Positions 25,201 to 40,200 of a stretch of DNA of 64,000 bases are shown here, piece after piece. The DNA is from Phoronis australis (lineage: Eukaryota; Animalia; Phoronida). Below the pieces are notes generated by a model, which saw nothing but the letters and a program-made list of their open reading frames with translations, was not told where the DNA came from and made no database searches. The DNA lies in contig NMRA01000352.1 of assembly GCA_002633005.1 (NCBI GenBank), forward strand, positions 62,001 to 126,000, in the 5' to 3' direction. The translations under genes were made by a program, and so were the position numbers. Positions within the stretch are counted from its first letter, which is position 1, and each line of letters begins with the position of its first letter.

Positions 25201-28200
25201 CCCGATCAGGCCCGTCATGGCCACCGGGACTGGCACGAACATAAACCAGCTTGAGTTAGAAACTAAACCTCCCATCATGAAAAGACTATAATAGTGAGCC
25301 AAAGAAATGATGTTCACGTAATTAGTTAAGTGAATTAGACACGAAACTGAAAATCTACTTACTCCGTTGTCGGGGGCCGCGAAGTCGGGTTCCCCTTCCA
25401 CAGACCGTCAGGGCAAAGGTTGTACAGGAACAATAATTTGATTAATGTATTTCTGTATCTGAATAAAGATTTCCCTAACATGTGACCATAGCATATAAAA
25501 TAGAGTAATTGTTTCACAACAGCTTTCTGTCGGCAAACACTGTACAGAATTAGCATGCGCTCACACGGCCTCGGGTGGCCGTTCAATTACCTTTATTGCC
25601 GGCATCAGAAGCCGGTTACACAGTGGTTTATTCATTGCTGGCTTCTCAACATTTGCACTCATGAATACTGCAAAGGCATTACAAATTGTACCTAGTGAGA
25701 CAGACTTTGTTTCAGTTTCATATAAGCATTGGTTAGGATGAGAATAATTCATTTTGAAACAGAACGCAGAATAATAAACGTCTACATGGCAACTCGCCCG
25801 GCGCCAATCCCGACTTAGTCAAGAGCTCTTCCGACGAAGACTTCAGGGGTCACATCGTTTATTTTTCACAGTTTATCAGTTCGAACCGGAATCCACAGGC
25901 AACGGAACGCATGGATAATTCTTTGGTAAGCGGGAATTCGTCAGAAATCACTGTCGACGAAATGCCGGCCACAGACACGGAGATGTTTCACGGCATCATA
26001 CTTGCTATTAACAGTGTACTTTTCATTCTTTACCACCGCGAGCCACTTCCTAAGCATTTCGGGCTCTCGAGGAAGTCGAAAAAAAACGATATATCCGCTT
26101 TCTTCGCAGCTTCATAGTTCGGACAAGCGGGAATGATACATCGCAATATAGCGGCATTCACTCTGCATATGAACCACTGACATCGCTGCGTCGTTTCTCA
26201 CCTTCCTCACAGTTTAACGCGACACCTCTCGGCAAGGTGAGGTCGATAGTATAAGAGGTTGTGTGGATATAGACCGATTAAGACGGTAAAAAAGACTAAT
26301 TAAATCGGGTGGCATTCTCCTTTAAGGTTGCTGACTACTGCAATTAAAAACTGAAAATAATGGTTGTACCTTTTGTATTTTGTAGTAGTTGGAGATTTTT
26401 TGACTGTTCTCAAAATTGTATTACATGGTTGAATTAGTTTGTTTCTGAAGAAGCCCTCAGTAATCAGAGTGGCTTCCATCTTGTGGAATTTAAATGACTG
26501 TCGATGCATGAGGCTGCCATGATTTTGAGTGGGTCACTCGCTGTCTTGTTACATAATTTTTGAAATCTCCGTTGAGTCTAAAGTTGCCTTCTTGCACTTC
26601 TCTGCGTTAGAGTGTGAAAATTCATCTGAAAATCGGTGTAGGTTTCATGTATAGTTATTTTGTGTTTCTTGTTTATTCGATACTTTTGAATCTTAAATTG
26701 TGACAGCAAATAGCTATTCCTGCTCATGAAATTGCCCCCATTTTGGTGTCGTCAGACTTATATCAAGAATGCTGTAAATGTACCTAACTCCTCAAGTTTT
26801 TCATTTCACAAGTTTGTCTGTCATGAGAAAAAGTAAAACTCGAGATCATTCTGACTTAGACTTCCATTTCACCACTGATTTATGGGTGCATGGTTTGCAA
26901 CTTGAATTCTGTAGAGGAACCAGAAACTAGGGATGCCTGGTGGACAGAACTACGAACAGAGATTCGTTCACACGCCCGTGCTATGGGTTGTCATGCTGTG
27001 ATTGGGTATGAGGAACAAACAAGCATTTGGTGAGTATTTGCATTATGCTGCTAATTGTTTAACACAAGATGCTGCTTGTTGTGGATAAATGTTGGACGTT
27101 GCAACTTGAGATGTTTGACACAATTGATAAAAGTTGAGTCCCGGAAGGAAGTAGCTCATCACTTTAACTTTCTGAGATTTGTGTGGAAAAGTGATGCTGT
27201 TACTTATCAATGCAAATTTTGCTTTAACAAGTGATGAAGTTACAAAACAATATTTGCGATAAAAGTTTGATTTTTATGCTCCCACATATTTAATTGGGAG
27301 TTCCTATTACAGAGAAGATGACGGTAGCAATAAAGTTTTGAGTCGAGCCAACCGCTGCTGCCCTCTAGTGGCTGTTTTAGTGTCCCTGTTGTAATGTCTG
27401 CCTCTATATGCTGTCAGCTGCGTATTAGTCATCCCTCTCAGAGAGCACCAACCACATATCTCCTACTAACAGTGGTTGCTCATGAAAAGACCTTCCAGAC
27501 AATAGCTCCAATAGAGGTATTATAATTCAGCTTAACTCACACTCCACCTTTTATCTGATTGCTGAAGTATGAGCTTGTCACTGCGGAAGAGTTATCACGA
27601 CATAGCATTTTATTCTAATTTCCAAGGGCACACTTAAAATTTTTGTACAAAAATTAATTCACAGGAATCTGCAAGTGACAGAATTTTATGCAGAACTTGT
27701 CGACCAATAAGACCGGGTGGTATATTGAGGTTTGCATTTTGGCCTATCAAATTCGTGATTGGCCAGATGATTTTCTGCAGTGAACTACTGACCAATAAAA
27801 GCATTGCTTAAATGTAGCATTCTGGGATATCACCAGCTGAAGCTGCAAACATGAGGATATGTGAGAAGTGCGAGATAAAGGTAGATTAAAAAATTTTTAG
27901 TAGAAAAAAAGGAATTTGCCACGAATTTCTGATTTTAACATTTTGGTGCATGTTGTCTTTGTATGTGCCAGAGTCATCTATTGCTGGCACCTCCCAGTAA
28001 ACTCTCAGTTATTCATAGGTTCACAAGTGTTTAGCTAATTTCTTTCACTGTCTTGTGTATGTGATTGTCATACTGTTGGGTAAATATTGGGCTTAATTTC
28101 TTCACCTTTGTCTGATTTCTTCTATTTCAAGTGATGAAGTAATTATTCTCTCCGCGCACGGTACTGCAGCTACACTGAACTTGACAGTGGACCCCTCCCT

Positions 28201-31200
28201 TGACCATTTGGCAATGACCCAACACGCCCCTCTCCCGGCAGCCCCACTCCCTCTGACCATGTCCATGGACCGATCGAATTTTGAAAAAGAGAAGCACAAG
28301 TTGTATGTTGATGTCAACTTGGCCAACCAGTCTGTGGCCGACTCCCATCTATATAGCTTGAAGTGAGTGGAGTAAACTTGTGAGGTCTTATTTTCTATTA
28401 TTTCTTGGCTTGTTGGATACAAAAATGTGTTGCAAGGGTACATGCAGACCCCTGGCTTGATAAGTCTGTAAAATATGCATACCTGTGTATTATCAACTCT
28501 TGGGAAAGTCACTCTTTAATTGTAAACGCCTTACAAAGTGTTACCTCAACTCCTATCATTTTGTTGGAAGTTCAGCCATCAATCTTCATTTTGCTGCTGT
28601 TTCTTTTGCAAGAATATGATAAATTGTCATTAGGTCTTATGAACCCTCTATTTTTTATTGTTCTCATTGGTGGAGCTCCCCTTAATCTTGAATTGTATGG
28701 TTTTAGTGTTATATTATGGAAACGATTAAAAAGCTAATTAGAAATCACTTAACAATCTTTATTGGTGAGCTTGGTTCCACCATGACATGCGATATATTTT
28801 CCTTTTCCAGCTGTGCTGAGCCCCACATACAACATGGCTGTGAACCTTGCCACATCCCATACTCTGACAAGTCCACTCCATTCCCAGTCAACCTTTCCAA
28901 GTGTCTTGTCTGCAGGTAAAGTCATTTTCTTTTAATAGGTAATGTCATTTTTGTATTATCTAATGCATCCTGGATGATTTAGTTGTTGAGTCACTGTTGG
29001 AAAATAATAGTTTTCTTTAAATCTGTATATTCAAGATAAGATTTCATTAAAAATAGCTTTCACTATATTGAAAGTAAACTAAACATGCGGTCATCAATCA
29101 TGTGCATGCAAAGCACAGCAGATTTTTCATGTCCATGTTAATTTTGCAAATGGAGGTTTTGAGAAGGCAGCTTTGACCCACGTTAGCGGTAATGGGTCAG
29201 TTTACGTAGTAACTGTGTTGGCGTAATGCTGGTGTTTATTTCAGATCTCTGGTGATACCCCTGTGTCTCAATAGCAATGTGGTGCTGTGTTGTTTTAATA
29301 AACGGACACATGTCATTTGTGACGTCATTTACATATTGAGTTCATAACTTGCCTTGACATCTACTCCTAGGGATTAGCAAAGACGGGAATTCACGTTTTT
29401 TTTTAGCGCGGTGTTAGGCTGGTATGATTTTATATCTGAAAATGTTTTATCATGGAAGGAGAATATCCTAGACGAATGGCCAACATGATGATAAATTATC
29501 TCAGATGAATATTATGCAACTCCTGTGAACTATTTCAGGTGTTGAATAGGGCCGTCCTGGATAACACAGTCGGTAGAACTTTTCTTTGTCTCAGAGTTAA
29601 GAAAGCGCGTGACCTCGTTTTGGAAATCAGGCACGTTTTCGTGTCTCTCATTGATGGCGGGTAGGCGAAGAAAATCACATCCCACATACACGGGTGTTTG
29701 TCCTGGTTTATCAAACTTTCTCAAGTCGTAGTTGCAGCCGACAGCACGGCAGTAATACTTCGTTGGCATTGGAAGTACAAATAGAGTAACCCAACCGAGA
29801 AAAACTTGTAGAGAATTAGACAACAAATAACATGACACTGAACTCCAGTGGCATGAAAATGAGCCGGAAAATGTGCCTGACGGAATAAATGGCATTGTGA
29901 GTAAATACAGCGATATTGTCACTGTGTATTCTAGGATTACCCTATTGATAACATACACAGGATGTAACAGTGGGTGTTAATGACCACGATGACAAAGGAT
30001 AAGTCTACACCAGTCTATTCTTCTGTCACTAGCTTACTTAATCAGTGTAACACCATTAGAGCTGAGTCAAACTCAAAATTTGACATCGATTGTAACACCA
30101 GTATTACACCAACGCACCAAACCTGAACCTACCTGTTGTAAGTTTTGACTCAGACCTGTAAGCACTTATTAAATCCCGCTGTATTAGGAAACACAAGGTG
30201 CCTGATGTTCTGTTCACCACTGTCAACATTCCTGAGGGACTGCTCACAGTCGGAACTGGCTGTCTGGTGCAAGCTAGGTGAGTTTATATGTTGGCCAAAA
30301 GCAGTTGCCTCTTAAATTAGTTTCACTCACGGATACACTCCACATCATCACATGATGGGCATCGTGTTTTAAGCTTCCGCTTTCTTCAAATGAGCGTTTG
30401 TCTTGTTTTAATGTTGAGAAGAAAGGAACTTGCAAGTAATAAGATATCTGTCAAGTTTCACTGTTTTTTTGTTTTAACTGTAACCATGATGTCAAAAGTC
30501 ATTCAAGGGGTTCAATACCTTGGCTTTGAGAATTATAATTTTTCTTGTCTTGCAGGAAGTGGTGTAAAATGTGTTACTTGACTTGTTTGTATGTTTTAAC
30601 ATTGAGAAGCAGATTTTATAAAGAATAATGTATACTTCAGAATATGCCGACCTAAGAGAGACATGAAAAATGATGAAGCTAATGCAAAAGAAATCAGTGA
30701 TGTAAGTATGGATTCATTTGTTTGATTTTTTCATTTGCAGTTTTTGCTTATAGCCCCATAATGCTCTTTCAATGGCATGGATGCCTTAATTTTGCGAATG
30801 CCCTTCTTAAGTGGTGGGTTTGCTGTCATGTATCAGACATCCTATCTGCCTAAGTATGTAAGAACTAGGTAGAACTAATGTACAAGTTGTAAGAATTTTT
30901 TATTCACATCTTATTGTGGTGTAGTCGCTGTAAATGCCACCTGATGAGTAGTTTGCTTGCAGTGCAAAAAATTGATTATGAAAATTCTTTCCGGAAAGCA
31001 CCGTTAGTTTTTGGCAGAATGAGGTGAAAAACTTCAATGTTTTCCAAAAAGAATGTTCATGATTGTGACAGAAATGATTATTGTTCCTTGTAATGCCTGA
31101 GTAGTTTCAATCAGAGATTAGATATTCACTATGTGTTGCTGACCATTGAATTAGGAACATGAAGCTGTTCACCAGCATGGGGGCATGCAATGCTTTACCC

Positions 31201-34200
31201 AGCAATTCTATTGGATGTTGTGTCGCTAACCACATCCTTCAAGTTTCGAATCGCTGATTGTCGTTGTTGCTAATGCTACGTTTGTTGCTTGCATTACAGA
31301 GCCTGCCTTTTATGGAGTATGAGCTTCACCAGCAGCTGTTGAACAGGCTCAAGGTCAAGGCCATGAATGCGCTCTTTGGGCTGGAAATACAGATGGTCGT
31401 TGGCGAGACCATGCTTGTGGCTGTGGCGGTACGTCAAGGCATATGGACAAGGCTTCATTCTCAGCGACGATTTAATTCGCACCCTTGTTTTCAATTGTAC
31501 TATAATTATCCATTATGTCAGCAGGTTATAAGAAAAATTAAAAATTACAATATTTTTTGTAAAGGTGTTTTGCTCTACCCATATTCAACTCCAAGACTTT
31601 TTTGAGATAAGTCATACCAAAGGCGGTAAGGTGAGAGTCTGCATATTTGAGCCAATGTGGCTTGTAGGTGCCATGGGCATCTTTATTCATTTGCATTTTC
31701 ACACAGAAGTCCATGAACTTAGCAATGTGCTTTCTCCATGTCATTTTGATGAATGCTTGTTCCACAATTATGATATGCCTTTTGTTATTTGCAGACTGGC
31801 ACAGGTGTGTACCTACCTGCCATGGCTGTACCCGAAGCGCCCAAGATCTCTGGAAAGGTATGAATCGTCAGCCTCATAAGTGTCGGTTGCAGCCTTTCAC
31901 GGAACATATCTTTGACAAGAATTATTTGATTTCATCAGATTTTCTCTAAAAATCAATTCCATTTTTTTCACGTGTCTTCAAAAATCTGCAAATCGGTTCC
32001 AAAATATCCTGCAAACGCTTTGTGAAGTGGTGTTTTTTCTTTTATATTAAGATTTTTATTCACCACATGACAAAGATGACTGTGGTTCACAATCCGAGTA
32101 TCATAACCTACCATGTTGCACGATATGATTGTTCAACGAAAGCTAGCTGGTTACAACTGCAGCATTTACATGATAATGTGACCTTCAATTTGAGTATTAT
32201 TTTACTTCAATAGCCAATTTCTGCCTTTATCATGTTATGCACAGTGATCAAAAGGTTTATCCTCTGCAAGTTTTCTAAACGGCAGACTTTTCTGTGTTGT
32301 CATTCGTAACTGTGGTAGTGAAGACTTGCTTCTCGTGGGACAGACTGAGTTTGCTCTTTGAGCCAACAAAGTCAAACCTGGGCAGGGAATCCTCCCTCAC
32401 AGGGGTCTCTTCAGAAAAATTAAACATTTTTTGTGTCATTTTATGGATTCTTGAAGAGCTCTCTGTTGACTTGAGCAGGGTAAACTTAAATTTCCAAACT
32501 CAAGTTTAATCACCCCCCTCACTCCTCCAAAATTGTTATCCATAATTAATATATGAAAAGTGTGAAACGCAATACCCTTAGCTAACTATCAACACCTCGA
32601 ATGTTTTTGGTGCTTTTCTATGTTTTCTGGTTCAATTTGCAGCAAACATAGCATAATTTTCACATGTAATTATTATCTCCATGGAGATGGGTTTCATTAA
32701 TTAACTATATCTGAGTTCAGATGTTTTATAAAATGACTCCGTAAAGTTTGGTTATTGACATTCCAGTTTGACATCCATCGAGATTTTTTAAACTGCCTAG
32801 GTGGTATGTCCTATAGCTGAGATACATTGTCAGGGCCATGCACTCGTAAGATTCTGATTTTGCCATTGAGTGAAATTTGTTATCGTCGGGTAGTTCTTTG
32901 ATAGTTTTCTTTAAAGGTCAGCTAAATCAAATATTCACAGTGGTATTTAGACCCCTTTTAATGAATATCTGCTTGAACTCTCTAGGGTCTTTCCATTTTA
33001 CTTTGCTTTATATACCATGTTCATTTTAACTTTGATGAGATCTGGCTTGCTCTCTATGTTTGGCTTTGCTGACATAAACTGTGGAGTGGTCGTAAAAACA
33101 GTAATTAAATAACACTTCCCCTATACCTGCATGGTCAGCCGCCCAGATTTTAACACATAAGAAAACATTGAATGTCTTTTTCAAAGTAGTTGTAACCCGA
33201 AATAGCCTCGGCCTCTGTAAATTGCACTGAGAGAAAATGCCCTTTTTACATCAGGCCTGTGTCTGTATTGGAATAATTAAGGTAATCAAGAAATTGTTGA
33301 CAGTGAATTACCTGGGTATCCATGATTCTATAATAATCTACATTTTCATAATCGCGTGTCACTTACTTGACTGTTACTTTTTTCCTGTGCACAGGCGAAT
33401 GCGACCAATAACCAGCGAGTACAAGCTTTACAGAAACAAGTCAGTGACCTAATGTTGCAGAACAAGATCACGCACGAACTGAACTGGGTGAGTTGTGTAG
33501 TGAGTTAGTTAGACCTTTGTTACGTGTCGTTGAGGAAAGTGGTTCAGTTTGAACGGCTTGAAAACAAGGGTGTGTTTCAGCGACATTGCTTGTAATGCTA
33601 TTCAGTGGACACCAATGAGATCATACTTCATTGAGGACAAATTGGAGAGTACAAAATAATCCTGTTGGCAAACCTAATTTTTGTGCTTATTGGACATATT
33701 AGCATTGAGTGTGCGCACACATGATGATGAACTCAGTCAAGAAGTTGGGGCAACTGCTAAAAGAACACGATATAGTGAGATATGCAAATTTGTTTATTGT
33801 CGGGACATAAAAGTATTAGCTACCAATTCTATTTAGACAAGATTGTATGGGTACTTAAAGCGAGTTTCATGTGAGATGTTGTGAGTTTGGAGGTAATGGT
33901 TGGCTATAATGTGCAGGCGTTTTGAGAGAACCAGTTTTCTCCACTGAATAATAAGCATTAAACTGGTTCTCAAAATATGGGCAAGTTATATTCGACTATT
34001 GTATGTTTACCCGCGCTGTAAGGAGCAGTTCATGAAACAGTGACCAGATGATGAAGACTCTACATGAGCGCTGTCGGGATTATACTTAATAAGCAGATGG
34101 GTTCGCTGTAACTTAATGATTGAACATTGCGTCGGTGCCGGTAGAATGAAATTTATGATTCTTCTGCGAATAAAGTTGAATGTTTTGATGGTTAAGTACA

Positions 34201-37200
34201 AAAGACATTTTCTAAAATATTGAAAAGCATGCATGGTTTGAGAAAAAGAGGGATGTTTGTGTACAAACAAAATATCGCTTTGAATACAAAACATGCATTT
34301 GTAATGTAATGTTTGGACAGATTTAGCTTAGAGAGTATAAACTAATTTGAATTAGAAGCCTTAGGGTGGTTGTATTAGGTGACTAGGCTCGGTGAAGGCA
34401 CTGAAGTAAATGGTAAGTGAACTCTCATTATGGTAGTTCTAACAATACAACAGAGGAAAGTGTTGAATTGAGAAGGTGAGCTCCTTTTCATCAAAGCTAT
34501 ATATTTGATAACAACAATCACATCACACATCACATAGTACTAATTATTCTTGAATAATGATTTTGGCATCTAGCCAATCAAATTGAGTTTGAAAGGGCCT
34601 GCCCTCTCCATGACTTATAAGTTACGTTTGCATATTACACCCTCACTCACCCCGATCACCCACAGACTGCGCAACACCAAACCTATTTCACTCGTCGGCC
34701 ATAATGTGTCCTGAACTGGAGGTTTTTTACAAATTGATAGAATAGTTTGTTTCTCAGTTGCTAGGCTACGCACTATATTGCCTGCATAATTGATGGTCTA
34801 TTTTTTGCCTGCTAATCTGTCGTAGACGCTCAGCCTCATTCTTTGCTTGTGCTCCTCTGAGAATTCAAACTTGGCGTCCACAATCTTTTTCAGCCCATTT
34901 CGCTCAATTTTTGGTGGAACAAACTTTTTTCGTGGTCCCCGTTCTCGAAGGTTCTCACCACTTTCTCTGCTTTCTTTGTTCAATTCCTCAGACTCGTTCT
35001 TCCCACCTACATTAATATCATCTGCACCTTCGGAGGGGGATTCAACAGTGGTACCCCTGTCATGTAACGCCTGGTTATTGGTGATAGCACTGTCAGATTT
35101 GTCGGTTATCAGTCCTGTGTCATCAGGTGTCATGTTGTTGGATTCCTCATGTCTGAACAGTTTCTTGATACGCTCAGTCTTTGCGTAATATTCAGCAACT
35201 TTACCGATCTGGAAAGGGAATTTTTCATTATAGTGGATTATTTGGTCCAATTTAAGCTGCTGTTGGACCTCAAGCTTAATCGTCTGTGAGCCATCCTCGG
35301 TTCTGTTCAATGCGACTACGTTATTGCATGTTTGACAATATATACTGAGATACCATACTCATTCAGCTTAACGTTTAAGTTTGGCACGAAACCAACTCTG
35401 AAATTTGCAATTGAAATGAACACCTCCCCCCAATTTGTATGCGTCTGTGAAAGCCAGCGTCATGCGAATTTTTGCTTCTCCAAAATGTGCGACACTTGCT
35501 TATCTTTGAGTAACGAACAGTAAGATTTCTAACGGCTCATTGCCTCAATCAGGCAGCAATATACATGTAATCTACTTATTTGGCAAGTCTGACCTAAATC
35601 TGTAAACTTTCAGGTCGTTAACTCAAAAGAGATCGTTCCCCTTTACTTAACATATCACCCACCCCCTAATGTTCAAGTTCCCACTTAAGCACCAGGTGTG
35701 CTCAATACGTAATGCTCAATACGTGTAACAAATGTGGCTTAATCGCCACTGATGAATACATCCCACATTTCTCTGATACTTGGCATTTGTCTGTTGTAGA
35801 CGTTACACTCGTGTAACTTGAAATATTATTTCAAAACAATTCACTTATTTCGTGAATCATTCAGAACCATTTGTCTAGTTTTTGTTTGAATTTTTGACTG
35901 TTGCTTTGGGCAACTGTCATTGATTTAGTTCTGAAAGTTTGAATAATATCACATTTTGTAATTTTCCTGAATAACTAGATTATTTTCCGTTGACATTCAT
36001 ATTAACATATTCAGCAAAGCCTTAATTTGTACACAGCAAAAGAAAACTAACTAAAGGCAAAAAACATTTTCTCATCGCAATAGTCAATTCCTCCTTCTGA
36101 TTTAACTTTCGATAAACTATCTACCATTCCCTATCAGCTATTTATCACGGTCATTTTTGCTTGCACTCAACCATCACAACAGGACATTCTAGGTGTGGTC
36201 AGCCCTCACAACAAGAAGTATGCATTCATTCTATCTGCGGTTACTTCTGGTGTGTACTATAAATTTACAGGGTGTCCCAAAAATGTACTTGCACTTCAGT
36301 CCAACACCAGGAGTTCAAATTCAACTCCTGCAGACCCAGATAGGTGCATGAGCTGTTGTGTGCTCTGTGTGCACCTGAATGGCAAAGAAATGACCCAGTT
36401 TTGGAGATCGAAAAATTAGTGGGAAATGCTACTGTAAGGAAGTGCACTGACAATTCAGTCTTCTTCCCAAAGTTACTTTCATTTCGTTTTAGAAAGTCCA
36501 TTAATATTGTTCCTAGTTAATGAACTGCACAATTATTGTCACTAGAAAAGTGAGTTAACTTTGAAACACCCTGTTTGTTTGTGCAAAGGCAATACAGTTT
36601 CAATGGGAATCCTTGCTAGAAGCATTCGGTGTGACTTACACTGTCCTGGAGCATTTGATCTGCTTCATTCTTCAATAAATATTGAATTACATCTGCCTCA
36701 CTGTTGATGGTTGCTAAGTGTAAAGCTGTCATTCCACTGGCCTGTAACATTTGTAAAAGGTTCATGAGACCGGTTTTGAAATTCTCCATTTGAAAAAGTT
36801 AATATTTGGGTATGAAAAAATTCCAAAATTCAAATGGTTTGCACCTTCTATGACTGATTGTGTGGTTCTGTAAGCTTGCTCAAATGGAATTGGGTTTGCT
36901 TTGCACAACTTGGGTACATTTTGTCTTCCCACCTTATTTCGTGTTAACGCGACATCAACTAGAAAACGAGTGGTTTACAAACAGACATCACACGGACAGC
37001 TGATAACAAAATTAATATCCACATGCTCACACAAATGTATCAAGTGGTGGAATGAAATCACTACTGATGACTTAAAACGGGGTACAACGTCTGGGAAAAA
37101 ATGTTTGTGTCCTGTTTGCACAGTTCTGTCGATGCATTGATGACCTAATTAGATGACCAGAAGTGCTCACTTTGAGGTGACATTGTGAGAACTATTAAAG

Positions 37201-40200
37201 CTATGTAGGACCTTATTGACGTGGTCTCAGGGCTTGGAACTTTCCTTTTAAGAGTATTTCCTCTTTTTTGATTTCAATTTCCTCTTATTCAATTTCCAGT
37301 TTCCTCTTTCTTGTCTCTTTTTTATCATTATTTTAACGTTTTTCATGCAAAAATGCTTATTTCAGTTAAATTTTACAGCACAAAAAATATTTCTATTACA
37401 TAAGTCTGTGGAATGATACATCCCCTGGAAATGTTTCCTCTTTTTGTCATTGGTCATTATTCCAAGCCCTTGGTCTTTCATTTAGCACAATATCATACCT
37501 AGAAAACTAGATTTTAACTCGGTAAAAGTACTTTAAGTATGTATTTTTCTGATTGTACAAAGCCTGTAGAATTTGATTCTTAACTTTTTAACAGTCTCTT
37601 ATTAACTGGGTAACGTAACCATGTCTTTTTTGTCAGATTTAGCAAAAAAAGAAAGGTCAATGGATAGCAAAACAATAGTATTAACAATATGATCAACTTT
37701 TATTTGATATAAATGTGCAAGGTGGAGTATAACAATTCCTATTACAGTTTTCAAAAATACCATTTATTTTCCATTTTATGTAACTTTAAAGATTGTTCAT
37801 TAAAATCATAGAAGTCCCATTTTTTGATAGCCTCTGATCCAAAAGTTGAACATTTTAAGAACAATCCCTAACAGCATTTCTGATAACAGTGCATAACGCA
37901 TAGTATCTGAAAGCTTCATATGACTCTGATCAGCCGTCCCCGAGATATGATGTTCTCAAGTCAGCCAAGTTTGACCATTTTTATAGGGTTCTAAATAACA
38001 TTTAGTGAATAAGCCCTTTATCGATCTAATAGATGTAGTTGTATGCCTAAAGTGTTTGTTAACAGCACTTGTAAAACCCCAATTTAATCCTCCAAAGGTT
38101 TGAGAACTCTCATTCATTCATCAAATCCAGTATGTTTACTTCACCTTCAGCTGCCTGTAAGGTAATTTATCTTTTACCCAACACTTCTGCTTGTTGTATT
38201 TTTATAAATTGAAGCTTGCATCTCATGGGAATTATGGGAGTTATGGTTGTGGAATTGTTGTGTACATGTAAGATGTTAAATATTGGACAGACATTGTATA
38301 TTTACACGTTTCATTAAACAAACAACATATCTTTGCCTAATGCAAATATATTCACAATAAAATTTCAAATCTTCACACTGTATATATGTGGTTTGTTGAA
38401 TATTTAAATCTGGATAGACTTGTTGACCTTTGTTAATGTATTCAGTGTGGTAAATAGTGAGTCTGATGTGGAGCAAAATACTGCATGAATGGTTAACAAT
38501 GGAAAAGATGTCGCAAACATTTTTAAGTCTGGTCAGCACGCCACCTGTGGCCACATCACGTGACCTATTGCATAAAGTCGAAAAAGATTTTTCCCCAACC
38601 GGGACTCGAACCCAGGACCTTCTGGGATATATATTTCCACGCCTGTTTAAGAATTACATATTGTTATAATGGGAAAGATTGGAAACTTCTGTTGTGTGGA
38701 GTTGAAATGAAATGAGATATTTGTAATGATACTGGGTTTATGTTTTATAAGATAGTTACGGTGATGTTATTTTCCTCACCTTAGTAGTCAAGTTGATGTC
38801 ACAACTTGCCTCCACTAGTTGTGTAACAACAGGCAGAAAGCCGCGACCAGCTGAGAGATGTAGGGCTGTTTGGCCATTCTGTCAAATTCATAAACAAGCT
38901 TGAGTTGAGCCGTGAAAAATGCAAAGGTACAATTTACATAACACAACATTTTAGTGTGAATTAAATTTTTCGTTGTTCATGACCAGAAGCGAATGGTACT
39001 ATTTGTCAGCCTTCAAATTCGCTTAGTGTAGGAAAACATGAGAAAAGAGCAAAATGGATATTTCAGAATTTACACAAGTTTTGCAAAAAAACAGTATTGA
39101 GGTCAAATAAATGTTTAACAAAATTTTGCTAATAAGTCATATTTCTGATCTGGTTTCATATCAACTTTGAATGAACTGAGGAGTCACCTTGTTCTGTGTG
39201 TCTAAGTCAATGTTGTTCTGTATCAAAGTCCTTGTGATTTCCTCGTGGCCATTGTAAGCTGCAAGGTGCAGAGCTGTTTGTCCATGCTGCAAAACAGTGA
39301 TGAGAACTTGTATGTATAAATACCTTATGCTGAATCCTGCCATAAGCCCCAAAGGCTATGTACGGCTGGGTGCATCTTGTGGAAACTTGGCTGCTCCCAG
39401 ATTTGTCTGAACCCTGGGTTGGATCGATTCAACTTGCACCACTAAAGTGTCGCTGAATTCTTTTATGCATGTCTTCGAAAAAAGGACTGCTATTTTGCCC
39501 TGTCCCATATTCTCGCAAATAGGTCATCTGTCGTGAAGTTAGACATTTTCTGTGCCACCTAGTGATCAGTTTTACTATTTTGAGTGTACTTTCTGACATC
39601 CACCTAACTATCTGCAAACTGCTCCACAAGAATCATTATGCCGGCCATGGCAGATAATTGTGTTCTTACTTAGAGGAGCATGGCTGACATTAATTTTTCA
39701 GGTAAATCAAAAATCTCTTCACTTGGGTGAACTTTTCAAAAAAAATACAAAATTGCATCATATTTCACTGGCCATGATGATGGAGTAAATTTTGTTTGGC
39801 CAGGTATAAACTTTACAAATGCCGTTTAAAATTGGATCACACTCCTTGGGTTCAATATTTACATTCTGGGTGGAAATTAAAATGCCCAGGATTACAATGT
39901 CTGGGAATATGAATGGCAGAGTGTAAAGCATCAAACCATCGACTTACTGGATGTCTGCAGCTAACATTAACCCCCTTGTCAATGAGCTCGGACATCTTGT
40001 CTTCATCCATTATAGACACTGCTGCCAGGAATAAGGCTTCGTCATGGCTCAGGTCACTTACTCCTGATACACTGTACTGAAACCAAAATATTAGTAGTAG
40101 TGGAGCGTATATTTCAGAAGTTGTTCAAAAATTATATCCAGGTTAATACATTATTTGGTTTAGGATGGACTGTGGGAACGTCTTTACAACCCGGTGAGCT

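Noticed and set aside
34847-35188. 113-aa + strand ORF as a possible C2CD5 exon
   Set aside because: Antisense shadow of the ankyrin gene's last exon; C2CD5 exons 18 and 19 join in frame without it
35209-35310. N-terminal part of ORF 34798..35310
   Set aside because: Lies upstream of the acceptor at 35209; intronic, with a TTG start
38582-38626. Functional tRNA gene
   Set aside because: Only the T-arm and 3' acceptor strand are present
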